Shown here: positions 1 through 11,479 of the stretch, in pieces
Layout of the letters: the number at the start of each line of letters is the position of its first letter
Position numbering within the stretch: position 1 is the stretch's first letter
Assembly: GCA_000091205.1 (NCBI GenBank)
Contig: AP006501.2
DNA: 64,000 nucleotides
Reading direction: 5' to 3' (one strand)
From: Cyanidioschyzon merolae
Taxonomy: Eukaryota
Notes under the pieces: model-generated
The model's database searches: none
What the model was told of the DNA's origin: nothing
The model's input: the letters and a program-made list of their open reading frames with translations, nothing else
Position numbers and translations under genes: made by a program

Positions 1-819
1 CGGCGCCACGCAGTGCTTGATGATGTACGAACGCTCTGGACGAGTATGCGTCGCAGCATGCTACCGAGCCCGAGCGCACAGCAGCATGCGGAAACGTCCT
101 CGAGCAACTGTGGCAAACCAACGCAGCGACCTCCTTGCGGAGCAGCGACGCGAATGCGGCGCGCATGCACGCTGATAGACTACCGGCTGCAGCACTGCCG
201 CGCAGCGATGTACGGACTGGTACCGCGGCACACCGACGCGTTTGCCAGCGTCATCGTATACGTAAAATCTGCAACGTGCTAGATGAAGGATCTCAGCTGT
301 TCTGCTGACGCTGCTGTCTCACATCAGCCCCAGACAGGTCCGTCTCGGTCGCATGGAAAGGCATGATTGCTTCAAAGATGCAGCCAGTCCTTCTTTTCAG
401 CGACAGGTTCAGTGAATCTTACCGGGCATCCCCGAGTGTGCGACGATATGCGGAGGCAAGGAGGGCCGCAATCGGTGTACAGCGCACCGTCCGCACTTCC
501 TATAACGCTGGACGCAGCGTCTTAGCCGCAAGGAACGAGCCGGCATCGACCACAGGGCCAGCGTTTCTTCCAGGATGGAGGATCGTCGACACGATCGGGG
601 AATCCCCGATCGCGCTCAATGGATATCGGCATCCGGGAGCGCGTCTCGGATGTCGCACCAGACCTACACCGGTATCAGACGAAAATGAAACACTGAACTA
701 CTCGCTCTGCCCGTGCTTTTTGATTGTTCTCCCGAATAGTTTTAGGTTTACAGCCTCCGCACTTGGAATCCAGCTTTGAGGCCGTACGGACTTGAACATA
801 GTGTCAGGAGTCTCGATCG

Positions 820-1600
820 TCTATTTTGGCGTAGCTGTTGCAACGCTTTGCTGGTGGAATTCGTGACGACACTTGAATCAAGGTTCTTTCACGACACCCT
901 CGAGCAAGCGTTCGTAAAATTACCGATTTCATTATCCACGTAATACGTAAAAACCGCCGCTCTTCTCCGTTTCTTGTGCTGAGCAAGCTAAAATCACGCA
1001 TTCTTCATCTTGTCGATCTTTCTATTTCAGGGAACATGCGGGCGCAGCAATGCGCGCCGCTGGATTGACGAGGAGAAAAGCCCCACGCCCTTTGACTCCT
1101 TGTTCACGAACTCTTGCCAAAAGTTCCAAGATCTTGTTACGTTACAGCACCAATTTGATTCGTTAGGCAAATCCTACTATTTTTCGGGTCATCAACGGCA
1201 CTGCATTCGACAGCAGCGTAATATCGCCCACGGAATATGCTTTGAGATGCTCCAGTTCCTTTTATTTCCATGGAAAAAAGTTTTTTGCACTCGCACCTGA
1301 CTCACCGCAGCAATCGCTTCCATTGGAGAGTCCGTCACCGCTTTGGATGTGGAGAGCGCACACCGATCGAAGTTTTTCGAAGGATTCTCCACTCGGGATA
1401 TTCCTTTCGGTACGTGTCCCGTCATAGACAACATCGCGCCCCACAAATCCTCCATCGAATGGAACAGCGTGCGCTTCCTTATGTCACGGACAAAGCACTT
1501 GCCGTGGGAATCGGCCAGAAGAACCCCGTGATCGTAGCGTAGGCCACGGTGGCGGAAAAGGCGAAGGGTACTGAGGCGAGCCCCCGGTACCCTTCGCGGG
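820..1600 (+). repeat. Dispersed repeat family 1, copy A (about 700-780 bp, non-coding)
   Basis: The segment beginning ggtggaattcgtgacgacac...ccctcgagcaagcgttcgtaaaat aligns by eye with windows 26099-26800, 36230-37030 and the reverse complement of 11480-12228. It contains the near-identical 34-mer aaatcctccatcgaatggaacagcgtgcgcttcc at 1445-1478. No reading frame is conserved between copies. Confidence 0.55.
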
Positions 1601-2423
1601 CATGCATAGATCGATGAGGCAAGCGTTCGCGTGCCAAATGGCGATGCTCGGCGGAGAAGGCGTATGGGACATATGTGTACACCTGACTTCAGTCTCCCGT
1701 GTCACCTCGGCGGAAGTTGCACCGAGGCTGCCTTCAGAAAAGGAGAAAATGGTCAGCGAAATGTAGCTCACAACTTCGGCGCCTTCATGAATTGCGTGTA
1801 CAACAGCCTGAAACTTCGAAATATGGACTTGAGCACTGATAACAACTTTCGTCAACGGCTGACAACGGTGCCGGATACAAAGGAGAGACCGGCGTATTTA
1901 AAGCAGGATATAGTGGTGAGGAAAACGCAGCAGTCGCCGCAAAAACACGCAAATGCTGGTGTTGAATACAATGAGAAGAGCCCCATGCTTTCGAGTCTAT
2001 AACCGCGTCAGCGATCTGGAACCGTCCCAGTTCAGGCTGACCTAGGTCTGGGGATTTCCCGTACCGCCCGTGGCGCTTGGATGCGCACGCGCACGTCCAT
2101 CTGTGCGAGGCCTCGCCGCGTCGCCGTCGCCATCGTCGTCGACGACGACGATGATGGACATAGGTATCACATGCGCCGGCGCTTCGACATAACCTTGCAA
2201 AGCGTATTGTGAGGACTCCGGTTGAGAAAACTGACGTAGCATCCGGCGACGTTGAGCAGACGTGCGCCTGCCAAGAATTCGGGACTTCTGTTTACTGCAC
2301 ACTCTGTTATTGCACTCTGGATTTCCGTCAGCAAGGCGGAGCTAAAATACTGATCAGATTTTCTAGGACCTCCGCTGCGAACGACGACGCTGAGCACGCG
2401 AACGCCGGCGGCTGCGGGAAACG

Positions 2424-2906
2424 ATGGCGGAGCAGCACGATCTCGAGGTTTTGGCGACCGGTGATGCGGGAGCGTCTGATGTGACTCCGATTCAAGCCGG
2501 GGCGGTGAAGAAAGGCGTGTATGTTGTGTTGAAGGGGCAGCCCTGTAAGTGTGTGGATGTGAGCACCAGCAAAACCGGGAAACACGGACATGCCAAGGCC
2601 AATATCGTGGGCCTTGATATATTTACGGGCAAGAAATATGAGGATGTTGCACCAACGAGCCATACCATGTACCAACCAGTGGTGGTTCGTTCCGAGTACC
2701 AGCTAATCGACATCGACGCTGAAAACTTTTGCTCGCTGATGGACGACAAGGGTGAAACCCGTGAGGACCTCAAGCTCGACCCCGATAACGATCCCGTGCA
2801 TGCTAAAATCAAGGAAGACTTTGAAGCCGGGAAACAGCTGACAGTGGTTGTCCTCAAGGCGATGAAACAGGAAAAAATCATGCAGTCCAAGGAGCTGAAC
2901 GAGTGA
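2424..2906 (+). CDS. EIF5A: Eukaryotic translation initiation factor 5A (eIF-5A)
   Basis: The 160-aa ORF carries the hypusine-loop motif STSKTGKHGHAK and the conserved eIF5A SH3-like N-terminal and OB-fold C-terminal sequence (VGLDIFTGKKYED, YQLIDID). It is complete with ATG and stop, and no intron is needed. Confidence 0.95.
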   Translation: MAEQHDLEVLATGDAGASDVTPIQAGAVKKGVYVVLKGQPCKCVDVSTSKTGKHGHAKANIVGLDIFTGKKYEDVAPTSHTMYQPVVVRSEYQLIDIDAENFCSLMDDKGETREDLKLDPDNDPVHAKIKEDFEAGKQLTVVVLKAMKQEKIMQSKELNE

Positions 2907-4819
2907 GGGCGCAGTGCTCTCTCTGGATCGTTTCGGCACGGCGCGGGTGCCGCCTAGTGCGAGCCGGATCGCGTGCGAGCCATCTAGCGTCTAGATCGCC
3001 CAAAGAGCAGTACGACCCTAGAGCGTGCGAGCGTGCAGCGCCCCGAGCACCGTTTCTCAGTGCCCATGAACGAGGTTCTTACGTATCCGAGGCCTAAGCA
3101 GCCTAACAGCGAATCGAAAACAGCGGGCGGTTTGGAGGCGGCTCTGAATACTTCGTATAGCTGAGCTCACGGTTTTTCTGTGTCTATTAACTGGATGCTT
3201 TTCAGTAGAGGCCTAACCAGCGTCACGGCGAATAGGAGCAATCAGGCGATGTTCGTGGAGGCCTGGGATTCTCTAGTAGCCGATTCCGGGCGCGCCTGGA
3301 ACACCGCAAGGTTCAGTTCGAACATACATCCGTTAGACCCAGGACACTGCTCAGGAGCACGCGTTGATGTGGATGGAGCTGGTCCGTTCGGTTTGGAGCG
3401 CTTTCTCTGCCAAGATCTTATGGTTCTTTGGGGGCAGAACTCTCGCTCAGCAGCGTAAAAGGTACCGTAGCCGTTGTCGCCCTATCCAGATCGCACCAAC
3501 GATTTTTTCAATAAGTCTAAAACTCCAAGCATGCGACGCTGTGTTTCATATGCCGAGCTCGATCGGTTGCGATTCGAGTGAGAATGATCGTTGGCGTGCA
3601 GCTGCATAACGCTCGTGCCACCGAAGAACCGAAAGCATCCGCGTGCCTTGCGCGGTGACGAGGCAAGCCTAGCGCACTCGGCGGTACCGCCAACCCGCAC
3701 ACTTCGCTGCAGGTTTTCATCTAGTCAAGCGCGATGGTGTGTCGCTTGCGAAGCTGTGCACCTTGAGCACGTTCTGCAGCCGAATATGAAACGCTTCGAG
3801 CTGCAGCTCCATTCAATATCGACCACGTATCGACAGAGACGTCCAGTATCGCTCCATTTCCATGCAGCCTGCGTCTTGGGCGGAAGCTTTACAGACGCGT
3901 TTGTTCGGCACGAAGTTGACGGCATCATCGTTGAGCGCAGACATCGGATATCTGCGTACCTTCTCAGCCGTCCGCGGTCAAGGTATCCAACGGACTTTTG
4001 TTCAGAACGCCCATAGGGACCCGAGTTCGCGGAGTTTGCTGAAAAAAGCATGCACCAGGACAGCGATCTGAGATACCGTCTCGAGCATAGCCGACCAGAT
4101 GATGAATAAATTTGCAGCTGCTTACGCGTTCGATGCTCTTGGAAGGGAATAAACAGCACCTGCCCGAAAGCATAGTTGGAGCGCTGATACATATCGCGTT
4201 TTTCGCGCGCTCGCACACACACACACACCGTAGAAGCGGCAGAGCAGCAGCGCGTTCTCATTTGAAGACGCTGGAGAGCCCGCCAGCGCACCAGGGATCG
4301 TTCTTTGACCTCAGATACCGCATAACGCCGCACACCAGGAAAAGCATGCGCATCGAACGGAACCTGCGGTTCTAGATTGTTGCGCTTCAATGGACAACGA
4401 ACGATGCACGTTCTTCGCTATAATGCTTGGTACGCTGCCGCGCGGACAGTCAGACGTGCTTCGTATGGCTAAGGCGTCCTTCTTTCCTCAAGTTCGTCCC
4501 ATGGAGAGAGCACTTGTTGAACCGAGTTCCCGAGGCATGCAGACACCGCGTTGCTCTGGATAACAGAAAAAATTGCACACCGTAACACGCTTTCTCAGCT
4601 CCGTATCCTCAGTTGATGTCCGCTGGACAACGAAAGCATGTTACCGAAAAAGGTATGCCTCCCGCACTTGGATGGAACCGGCTGAATAACTTGGCAGCGT
4701 AGTCTCGTGTCTTCGTGCCGGCCGCGGCTGCTGCACTACCTGGGATCCATGCCGATGGCACATGATGCTGGCACTGCCAAGCAACTTGCCCCACAAGCGT
4801 TTTACACTGCCAGCGGCAG

Positions 4820-6475
4820 TTGGCGGCTTTCCTAGAACACTCAAACAGCAGTCTTAACTTGATCAGCAGCAGACAGCCAGAAGAAGGGCATCTATGGTCC
4901 ATGTTTCAGGTGCTTACCGGTACGAGTGTTGCAGGAAACAACGGCTGGCTGACAACCGACGTCGTTTCTGGTGTACCGCAGAGATCGCCGGCCTGGGGGG
5001 CGTACTCAGGTTCATGGCCTGCGCAGAAGCGCTCCTCTTTTGAAGCGCAAAGTCTCCATCTTCCGAGCTCCAATGAATACCGTCTAGAACCTTCGTGGTT
5101 CGGCGGCGGAGCCCGAAAACGAGCAGCCCAGCGGGGACGCTGCCCTAACTGCTACTCTCCGCAGCAAACTACACGCCAAAGTCCGCGTTGTGCAGTCTCC
5201 GACGAGACCTACATGGACCGCTGCATTCAACTGGCTTTAATGGCAAGGCCGTCCCCGAACCCCCCGGTCGGATGTGTGGTCGTCGACCCTGACACAGGTC
5301 GCATTGTCGGAGAGGGTTTCCATCCGCGTGCGGGCTACCCCCACGCGGAGCAATACGCCTTGCAGGCGACCTTTACAACGCTGAGGAACGCGTCATCGCA
5401 CCAAAACCAGCACCTGGCAGCGACTGTCTCTGAGCCCGTGGCCGCACTACCTGGCTCTGCACGAGGTATGCATGTTTACGTGACGCTCGAGCCGTGCAAC
5501 CATTACGGGAGAACGCCTCCCTGCACCGAGTCCCTGATCCAGGCACAGGTGTCGCGGGTTGTCATCGGTACACGAGATCCAGACCCCAGAACTGCTGGTT
5601 CCGGTGCGGAGCGTCTTCGACGAGCGGGTATCGAGGTGCAGTTTGGACCTCGCGCAGCCGAGTGCTTGAAACTCTACGAGGGCTTTCAGCATCGCATCCA
5701 CCATCAGACTCCACTTGGTATCCTCAAATACGCCATGAGTCTGGATGGTAAAATAGCGACGGAAACAGGGGATGCTCGATGGGTGAGTTCGGCGACCAGT
5801 CGACGGTATGTGCATGAGCTACGCGCTCGCTGTGATGCTGTTGTCGTCGGCGCTGGTACGGTACGTCGAGATGATCCCGCTCTGACGGTTCGTTTGGAGG
5901 AATCCATCGATGTACCTGAACTGGGATATGGCCAGCCCTTGCGTGTCGTCATGTGCACCAGCGCTGCACGATTGTGGCGAGATCGACCTGACGCAAAGCT
6001 CTGGGATACATCAGTGGCCCCGACGGTGCTTGCAGTGTCGTCTGCAGGTGAAGTTTCTTCCTCGAAGGAGCTCGATGCTGCTGAAAGAGAGGCGATTCTT
6101 GCGTTACGCTCTAGAGGTGTCCAGATTGCGTATCTGGATGCATTACTTCCCTTGCCGCCGACGCGGGCGCTAATGCAGTGGCTCTACGACTACGGCTGCA
6201 CCACGGTACTCTGGGAGTGTGGTGGTACCCTTGCGACGTCAGCGGTGCGCGAATCAGCTGTCCACAAAATACTTGTATTCGTAGCCCCAAAGCTCGTCGG
6301 GGGCAGGTCGAGCCCGACGCCGATTGCCGCTGATTTGGGTGTTCGCAACATGGAGGAAGCGCTCGCGCTACGACTTGGTCGGATGGAGGTCATCGGATCT
6401 GGGCAGGATGTGCTCATCGAGGCGTACCTCGACAGCAACAAGCTATCGCCCGATGCGGCTAGCGGCACTACTTGA
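4820..6475 (+). CDS. ribD: Bifunctional riboflavin biosynthesis protein RibD-like (pyrimidine deaminase plus reductase) with an N-terminal extension of about 120 aa
   Basis: The cytidine/dCMP deaminase zinc motifs HAEQYALQ and LEPCNHYGRTPPC are followed by a RibD C-terminal reductase-like region (ILKYAMSLDGKIA...GDARWVSS...VVVGAGTVRRDDP). The true start is uncertain, because the first roughly 120 aa are low-complexity and could be a targeting peptide. Confidence 0.85.
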   Translation: MAAFLEHSNSSLNLISSRQPEEGHLWSMFQVLTGTSVAGNNGWLTTDVVSGVPQRSPAWGAYSGSWPAQKRSSFEAQSLHLPSSNEYRLEPSWFGGGARKRAAQRGRCPNCYSPQQTTRQSPRCAVSDETYMDRCIQLALMARPSPNPPVGCVVVDPDTGRIVGEGFHPRAGYPHAEQYALQATFTTLRNASSHQNQHLAATVSEPVAALPGSARGMHVYVTLEPCNHYGRTPPCTESLIQAQVSRVVIGTRDPDPRTAGSGAERLRRAGIEVQFGPRAAECLKLYEGFQHRIHHQTPLGILKYAMSLDGKIATETGDARWVSSATSRRYVHELRARCDAVVVGAGTVRRDDPALTVRLEESIDVPELGYGQPLRVVMCTSAARLWRDRPDAKLWDTSVAPTVLAVSSAGEVSSSKELDAAEREAILALRSRGVQIAYLDALLPLPPTRALMQWLYDYGCTTVLWECGGTLATSAVRESAVHKILVFVAPKLVGGRSSPTPIAADLGVRNMEEALALRLGRMEVIGSGQDVLIEAYLDSNKLSPDAASGTT

Positions 6476-6840
6476 GTTGCGCATTCAAATGTTGTCGTGG
6501 TGTACATTTTGCGAAGCACGCCGCGTTGCAAACGGATAGCGGAATGACTTTTACGAGAAGTGCATTTTCGGATGGTGTTCACTCTACGCTGCAAACGGGC
6601 AACAAGCCATGTCGTGGAGCTGAGCAGCGTTTGCGGGTGGTTTCTACGCTCCGTCGTGCGCGGATAACGAAAGCATCGCTTAGGGCTGGTTTGCGTTCAT
6701 GAGCGGTTCCTCGAAGCACCGCAGAGCAGCGCGCTCCCTCTGCTAAAGCGTATCTGACCCGGCGAACAATGGTTCCACAGTGTTTTGGATGTGTGTGCAT
6801 TCTCTGTCCGCACCAGGAAAGGTGGTGCAACCTTGGAAGC

Positions 6841-7209
6841 TCAGCGACCAGGCGTCATGGGTCGTCTCGACGACGTCAGCGGCGAGGAGGAAGCCTTGGG
6901 CGCTTGCTTCAACCCCAGACGCGGTCTTCGTAAGCCCAGGAATATCAACGACCAACCTGTTGCTGAAAACAAAGCTGCCTTATCATATTTCTCCCTAAAG
7001 CTTTTCTTCTGAGTTTTGTGATGTGCGTATCGCATCGCGAGGTAGCCTGCGGGAAATCCCCCAGCAGCGCCCAGTGCTATAAGGTCGCGCTCCGGAATAC
7101 GCCACTGGTGTTGGAGAGCTCTTCTTTTATCCTCAATAATGCACCCGGCAGATATACCGTTCACGCCAAGTAGGTACCATGGAATAAACCTACGGATAGC
7201 TTGCGCCAT
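6841..7209 (-). CDS. DUF1294-domain small membrane protein (bacterial-type domain)
   Basis: The segment IEDKRRALQHQWRIPERDLIALGAAGGFPAGYLAMRYAHHKTQKKSFREKY matches the DUF1294 consensus as recalled (DK..A..RIPE..L...GG.G...M..F.HKT.K..F). The start is taken at the internal Met MAQAIRRF (complement of 7207-7209); the ORF extends to 7308. Confidence 0.45.
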   Translation of the reverse strand: MAQAIRRFIPWYLLGVNGISAGCIIEDKRRALQHQWRIPERDLIALGAAGGFPAGYLAMRYAHHKTQKKSFREKYDKAALFSATGWSLIFLGLRRPRLGLKQAPKASSSPLTSSRRPMTPGR

Positions 7210-7386
7210 AGACACACGTTTCGTCGTAGCTTTGCTTTTAAAGCGCCCTGCCCGACGCTTCTCTGTTGTGCGACCTTTAACGTTAACCTGTGCCCCGACT
7301 GCGGACACGTTAGAGTAAAAGCTTCAACGCGTTTATACTCGTACTTATAAAAGCACGTCCGTATCCAAACACGTACTTATGCGAGC

Positions 7387-9156
7387 ATGTGTGAAAGCAC
7401 TCGCGTACAGGGTACCTTCCGGCTGGGCGTCTTGCAGTTTTCAGTGGCCACATTGCCGCGCGTCTGCACCGTCGCGCCGCTTCAGCCTACTTTTCTGCGC
7501 TCTCTGTTACTGTTGCTTGACTTGTCGGACGTGCACCGTATACATCCCGCTAGGACGCTGGGGAGAGAGATCCTTATGAGCAGCGAACAGAACCAGCCTT
7601 CATTTGAGTCAGATGGTCTAAAAATTTCGTCAGTAAGGCAACCAGTAGGGGCGTACTTGGCTGCCACGACAGCAGGTACAAGTGCTGCGAGTAGTGGGCG
7701 GCGGCTTGCGTCGCATGGCACCCGCGATGCGGATCCCGGACGCGGGAGCGCTGAAGACGACCGAGTAATGAGCGACTCGGAGTTGCTGTTGCGCAGAAAC
7801 GTTGGTCGACCTGACACCCTAACAGCAGTAGGAACACGCCTCCTGCCGACACGCAGTCGCGAGACGCTACTCGAGAAACTTCCCAAAGTGCGTTCTGTTG
7901 TCATATCCGGTGTTGCACTACTGCAACTGGTGAAAGAATGGCAACGGGCAGGTAAAGGAAGCGCTTCCAAACGCACTGGTGTCCGATCAATGGAAGGCGC
8001 TGCGTCTGAAGCCTATTGCACGGGCCAGCTCGTCGGCTACCTAGAAGTGGAGCGACGCAGTGACCCCACGAGCGACGACGCCAAAACAGCTGACGCTCTC
8101 GTCTGGGGTGACGTGATGCACGTCACAGCAGCCTTTCCCGCTCCCCGTCTGAGCGTCATTGCCGGTGGTCGCTCGACTTCGGGGAGTGCACCGACGTCGT
8201 TGCCCGCTGCGGTGATAGCCAACCAGATGCAGCAGAGGGGCACTTATCTGTGGGAGCGTTGTCGTCTTCTAAGAGAAGCGTCCCGCGAGAATCTGATTGT
8301 GGGTTGGTTTTGCGTTGGCGATACGAGGCAGCTATCGTCTTTTGTGAACGCAGAATGGACGGAGACGCAGTTTCAACACCAGTTCTGGTTGAAAAATGCG
8401 GTCTGTGTTGTATTTGATCCACTACGGAGACACAGTAGCGGGACGCTCGGGATTCGCGTGGTCCGCCTTTCCGATGCGTTCATGCGAGAGTACAGCAGAC
8501 TCATGGATTATCGAGTCGGAGGCTCGGGAAGCTCAAACAAGGGGTCAGCAGCGCTTCAAGCTTACGGTAGAGGTGGCGGTCGCGTCGCAGCCGGCTCAAC
8601 GTTTGTCTCGGAAGTGCTGCGCGATCTGGGGCTCTGCTCCCAGACAATGATCGAGGACGTTCCTTTCACAGTACACGCGTCAGCGCTCTCGGAACAGTAT
8701 CTGGCATGGAGCGCTCTTCAGCATCCACAAGCACGTGAGAACGCAAAGTTTACAGAACACGCTGCTGCCTGTGACTCTGATGTTCAGAGGCTCTCACTGC
8801 GTCGCGATGGGGTGCTCGTGGAGGAAACCGCTGGCGGTTTGATCCAAGATCTCGATGAGGTCACTAGAGAGCAGTCCCGATACCATCACTTTCTTCGGAA
8901 CTATATCCGAATACAGAATCAACAGCATGAATGGCTACGGAGGCGCCGGGCTGAAAACGAACATCGGCGTCAACAGGGACAGGAGCCTCTGCCCGAGGAA
9001 CCGCTTCCCGCGCATCTTAGTTCATATAGTGAGCCGAGTCGTCTTGAGCCTATGATGACCTTTCGTGATCTTTCGGAAACGCTGCGCGATCTTGAACTCG
9101 TCATTGGAGGCCGTTGTGAGAAACAAGTTACGCTCGAATCCTTCAAGACGGTATAG
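7387..9156 (+). CDS. Hypothetical protein with an MPN/JAB-like fold (no JAMM His motif) followed by a coiled coil
   Basis: This is a 589-aa ORF whose alternative start is the Met at 7576 (MSSEQNQ). The region LIVGWFCVGDTRQLSSFVNAEWTETQFQ...NAVCVVFDP...GTLGIRVVRL resembles an MPN core (VGWY...D..Q...VV.DP...G.L), and the C-terminal basic coiled coil reads HEWLRRRRAENEHRRQQ. The domain call is tentative. Confidence 0.35.
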   Translation: MCESTRVQGTFRLGVLQFSVATLPRVCTVAPLQPTFLRSLLLLLDLSDVHRIHPARTLGREILMSSEQNQPSFESDGLKISSVRQPVGAYLAATTAGTSAASSGRRLASHGTRDADPGRGSAEDDRVMSDSELLLRRNVGRPDTLTAVGTRLLPTRSRETLLEKLPKVRSVVISGVALLQLVKEWQRAGKGSASKRTGVRSMEGAASEAYCTGQLVGYLEVERRSDPTSDDAKTADALVWGDVMHVTAAFPAPRLSVIAGGRSTSGSAPTSLPAAVIANQMQQRGTYLWERCRLLREASRENLIVGWFCVGDTRQLSSFVNAEWTETQFQHQFWLKNAVCVVFDPLRRHSSGTLGIRVVRLSDAFMREYSRLMDYRVGGSGSSNKGSAALQAYGRGGGRVAAGSTFVSEVLRDLGLCSQTMIEDVPFTVHASALSEQYLAWSALQHPQARENAKFTEHAAACDSDVQRLSLRRDGVLVEETAGGLIQDLDEVTREQSRYHHFLRNYIRIQNQQHEWLRRRRAENEHRRQQGQEPLPEEPLPAHLSSYSEPSRLEPMMTFRDLSETLRDLELVIGGRCEKQVTLESFKTV

Positions 9157-10175
9157 GGTGCGCTATGCTGCCTAACGAGCTCTGACGGCGAGGCGAACGC
9201 CAGTCGGTGCGCATCAAAGACTCGGGCAGTCAGCGCAGCGTCAAAGTGATGTCCATGTAGAGGCATTCGTATGGGCACTTGGATTCGGCAGTTGACCTCG
9301 GAATGACTGTCCACAGAAGCGTCCTGTGCGCTAGGAGAATGGATCCACTTTCACAGAGAGAGCGGCGTATAGGCGTCCCTGGGCGAGTAAGGAGCGCTTT
9401 ACCTCGCTGATGTTTTTCCGGAACGAATCGAAGGCATGTCGCCCCGGACTACACGGCGAATGTTGCATTGTTGTTGTCGGTCGCAAGGGCAGGAACCTAA
9501 TAATACATGGCGATACAGGTCGCAGGCGGTTGGGTATCTCGCTACCAGAGACCGCCTAAGCAGCTGTGCAAGCTCATGGGATCTCGAAGATCCCCTTATC
9601 AGCTCGAGATTATAGTTTTGTGCCACGAATTCAATGCACCCGTGCATCTGCCAAGTTGACGTGGTCGGAGCGATTGCTTCTCTAGATCACAAACGTTCTC
9701 TCTATCGCAAATTTCTCGAGTAGGTTACGGTATGCGCTAGACACGGCCATCAGCGATCGAAGGTCTGGTGACCTTGAAAACCTCAAGTCCGAGCAATCGG
9801 TCATAACCCAAAAGTTACATTCCTGTGGCCGCACCTGCACGCCTGAACGAATGCGGAGCCCCACGTTGCGACGAAGAAGACGACTGGTTCGCAATATTCC
9901 GAAAAGGTCCGCACGTCGTCGTCGATGTGACATGTCGAGTAAAATTCATCCGCGCCGAACGCTGTGCACTAATACGATAAGCGGTGGAACGTACTTTTCC
10001 AAGAAAGTTCACATGTCGCCATCGATGCGATAGGTCGCGTACGATGCTCACAAACCAGACGCTCTGGCTTCAAGCTCGCCATATCGAGCGCATGATTGTG
10101 TCTGTACCTAAAACGGCGTCACTGAAGCTTAATCGCACGGAGTACGGTGATAAATATCCCAGGCTGCTGTGCTGC

Positions 10176-10712
10176 CTATGGATGCGAGTTGTGTTTTGGA
10201 ATGCATTCACGCTTCGACGCTGATGCACCAGGGCAGTATTCAGTGCTTTTACGCAGTCCTCGTAACATCAACATAGCCCCGATGCCATTCACGAGTGCGA
10301 TACTCCCCAGACATAAACTCAGTGAGAGAGACTCAGCCGGCGAACTCGATGTCGCAATTCGTTGCACAGTCCAGGCGCAGAGCACACCAGCCAGATAAAG
10401 CCGGAAAAAGACGGTCGACCAGAGGAACGCGCCGGGCGAAACAGCTGCAAACCAGTAATAGATCCCAAAACCCTGGGCAACGAGGCCTATCAAGCGTACG
10501 GAGACCACTGAGAAGTGCGGCGGCGGGAAGCACCACCGCAGCGCCAGCTGGGGCCAAACTGCGAGCGCGCTCCCGACAACCAGAAGCGCACAAGCAGTGA
10601 AACGTGCTGCTCGTACGGGTGGTGGTGATGGTGGCGGTGGTGGTGGTGGTGGCGTCAGCTGGACGCCACCACCACCACCACCGGTACCCGAGCACGTCGG
10701 CAAGCCGTACAA
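10176..10712 (-). CDS. Hypothetical small transmembrane protein with a Gly/Pro-rich N-terminus
   Basis: The 178-aa ORF predicts 3-4 hydrophobic helices. Its N-terminal GGGGGGVQLTPPPPPPPP is encoded by the 40-bp palindrome, so the coding status is doubtful. Confidence 0.2.
   Translation of the reverse strand: MYGLPTCSGTGGGGGGVQLTPPPPPPPPSPPPVRAARFTACALLVVGSALAVWPQLALRWCFPPPHFSVVSVRLIGLVAQGFGIYYWFAAVSPGAFLWSTVFFRLYLAGVLCAWTVQRIATSSSPAESLSLSLCLGSIALVNGIGAMLMLRGLRKSTEYCPGASASKRECIPKHNSHP
10639..10678. repeat. Perfect 40-bp palindrome (20+20) centred on CAGCTG
   Basis: The sequence ggtggtggtggtggcgtcag|ctgacgccaccaccaccacc was checked base by base. The arms end where t(10638) and c(10679) break the symmetry. 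Confidence 0.9.
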
Positions 10713-11479
10713 CGGTACCGTCCGAGAACGATACGAGCTGAGACAGCATACCAGACCCGACTACGTCGTGCGTTTTTCAGCGGCACCTGAACGAACATGT
10801 TCCGTCTGAATATTTCACAAGTTGCTTAGCATACCGGAACTTGCTCAGGCAATAGCGTTACAGCAAAAGGTGCTGCAACGAAAGCGCAAGGTGTCATTAC
10901 CGTTTGGGGGGTGATACGGTTCGCAGGCACTTGCCAGAATACGCATACGCAATGTGGAATGGATACCCTCTGCCCCAGTGGCCAGTAGGGTATTTACGCT
11001 GCGTCTGTCGATACGCCCGTGTCAGTGGAAAGTAAAACAGGCTCCGATTTGCTCACTCGAGCGTGCACACACAAGCTTGTGTCCCGTTCCATTGTCATGA
11101 ACAGTAGCTTTTTTGGCTTTTTCTGCAAAAGCTTCGTTTTCCTCTCTCGCTCTCTCTCTCTCATTTCCGAACAGAAAAAAAAACGGCGGTCGAACCCGTG
11201 CTCTTAGACCCCTTATCAGCAGTCAAAGGATGCTGATTGCAGTATCCGAGTCCAAGGTCGCTGATTCCTGCTGCTGTCGAGGCAGTCATGCACAAAATGA
11301 GGTCGCGATCTATGCCTCGCTCGCAACGCTCATCTTCTTTTATTCGCAGACTCGAAGCGTTTTTCGCATCGGTGACACTTGACGATTATCAGGTGATCCG
11401 GTATGTCGACCACACGTCCTCGAGTTCGGAGGATCACCATGTCGCGCTTGGACGATTGCTTCATTGCTCGGTACATGCC

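Noticed and set aside
2120-2165. GTC/GAC palindromic microsatellite ccatcgtcgtcgacgacgacgatgatgg
   Set aside because: The palindrome is imperfect and short and it sits in non-coding low-complexity DNA. It is not distinctive enough to report as a feature.
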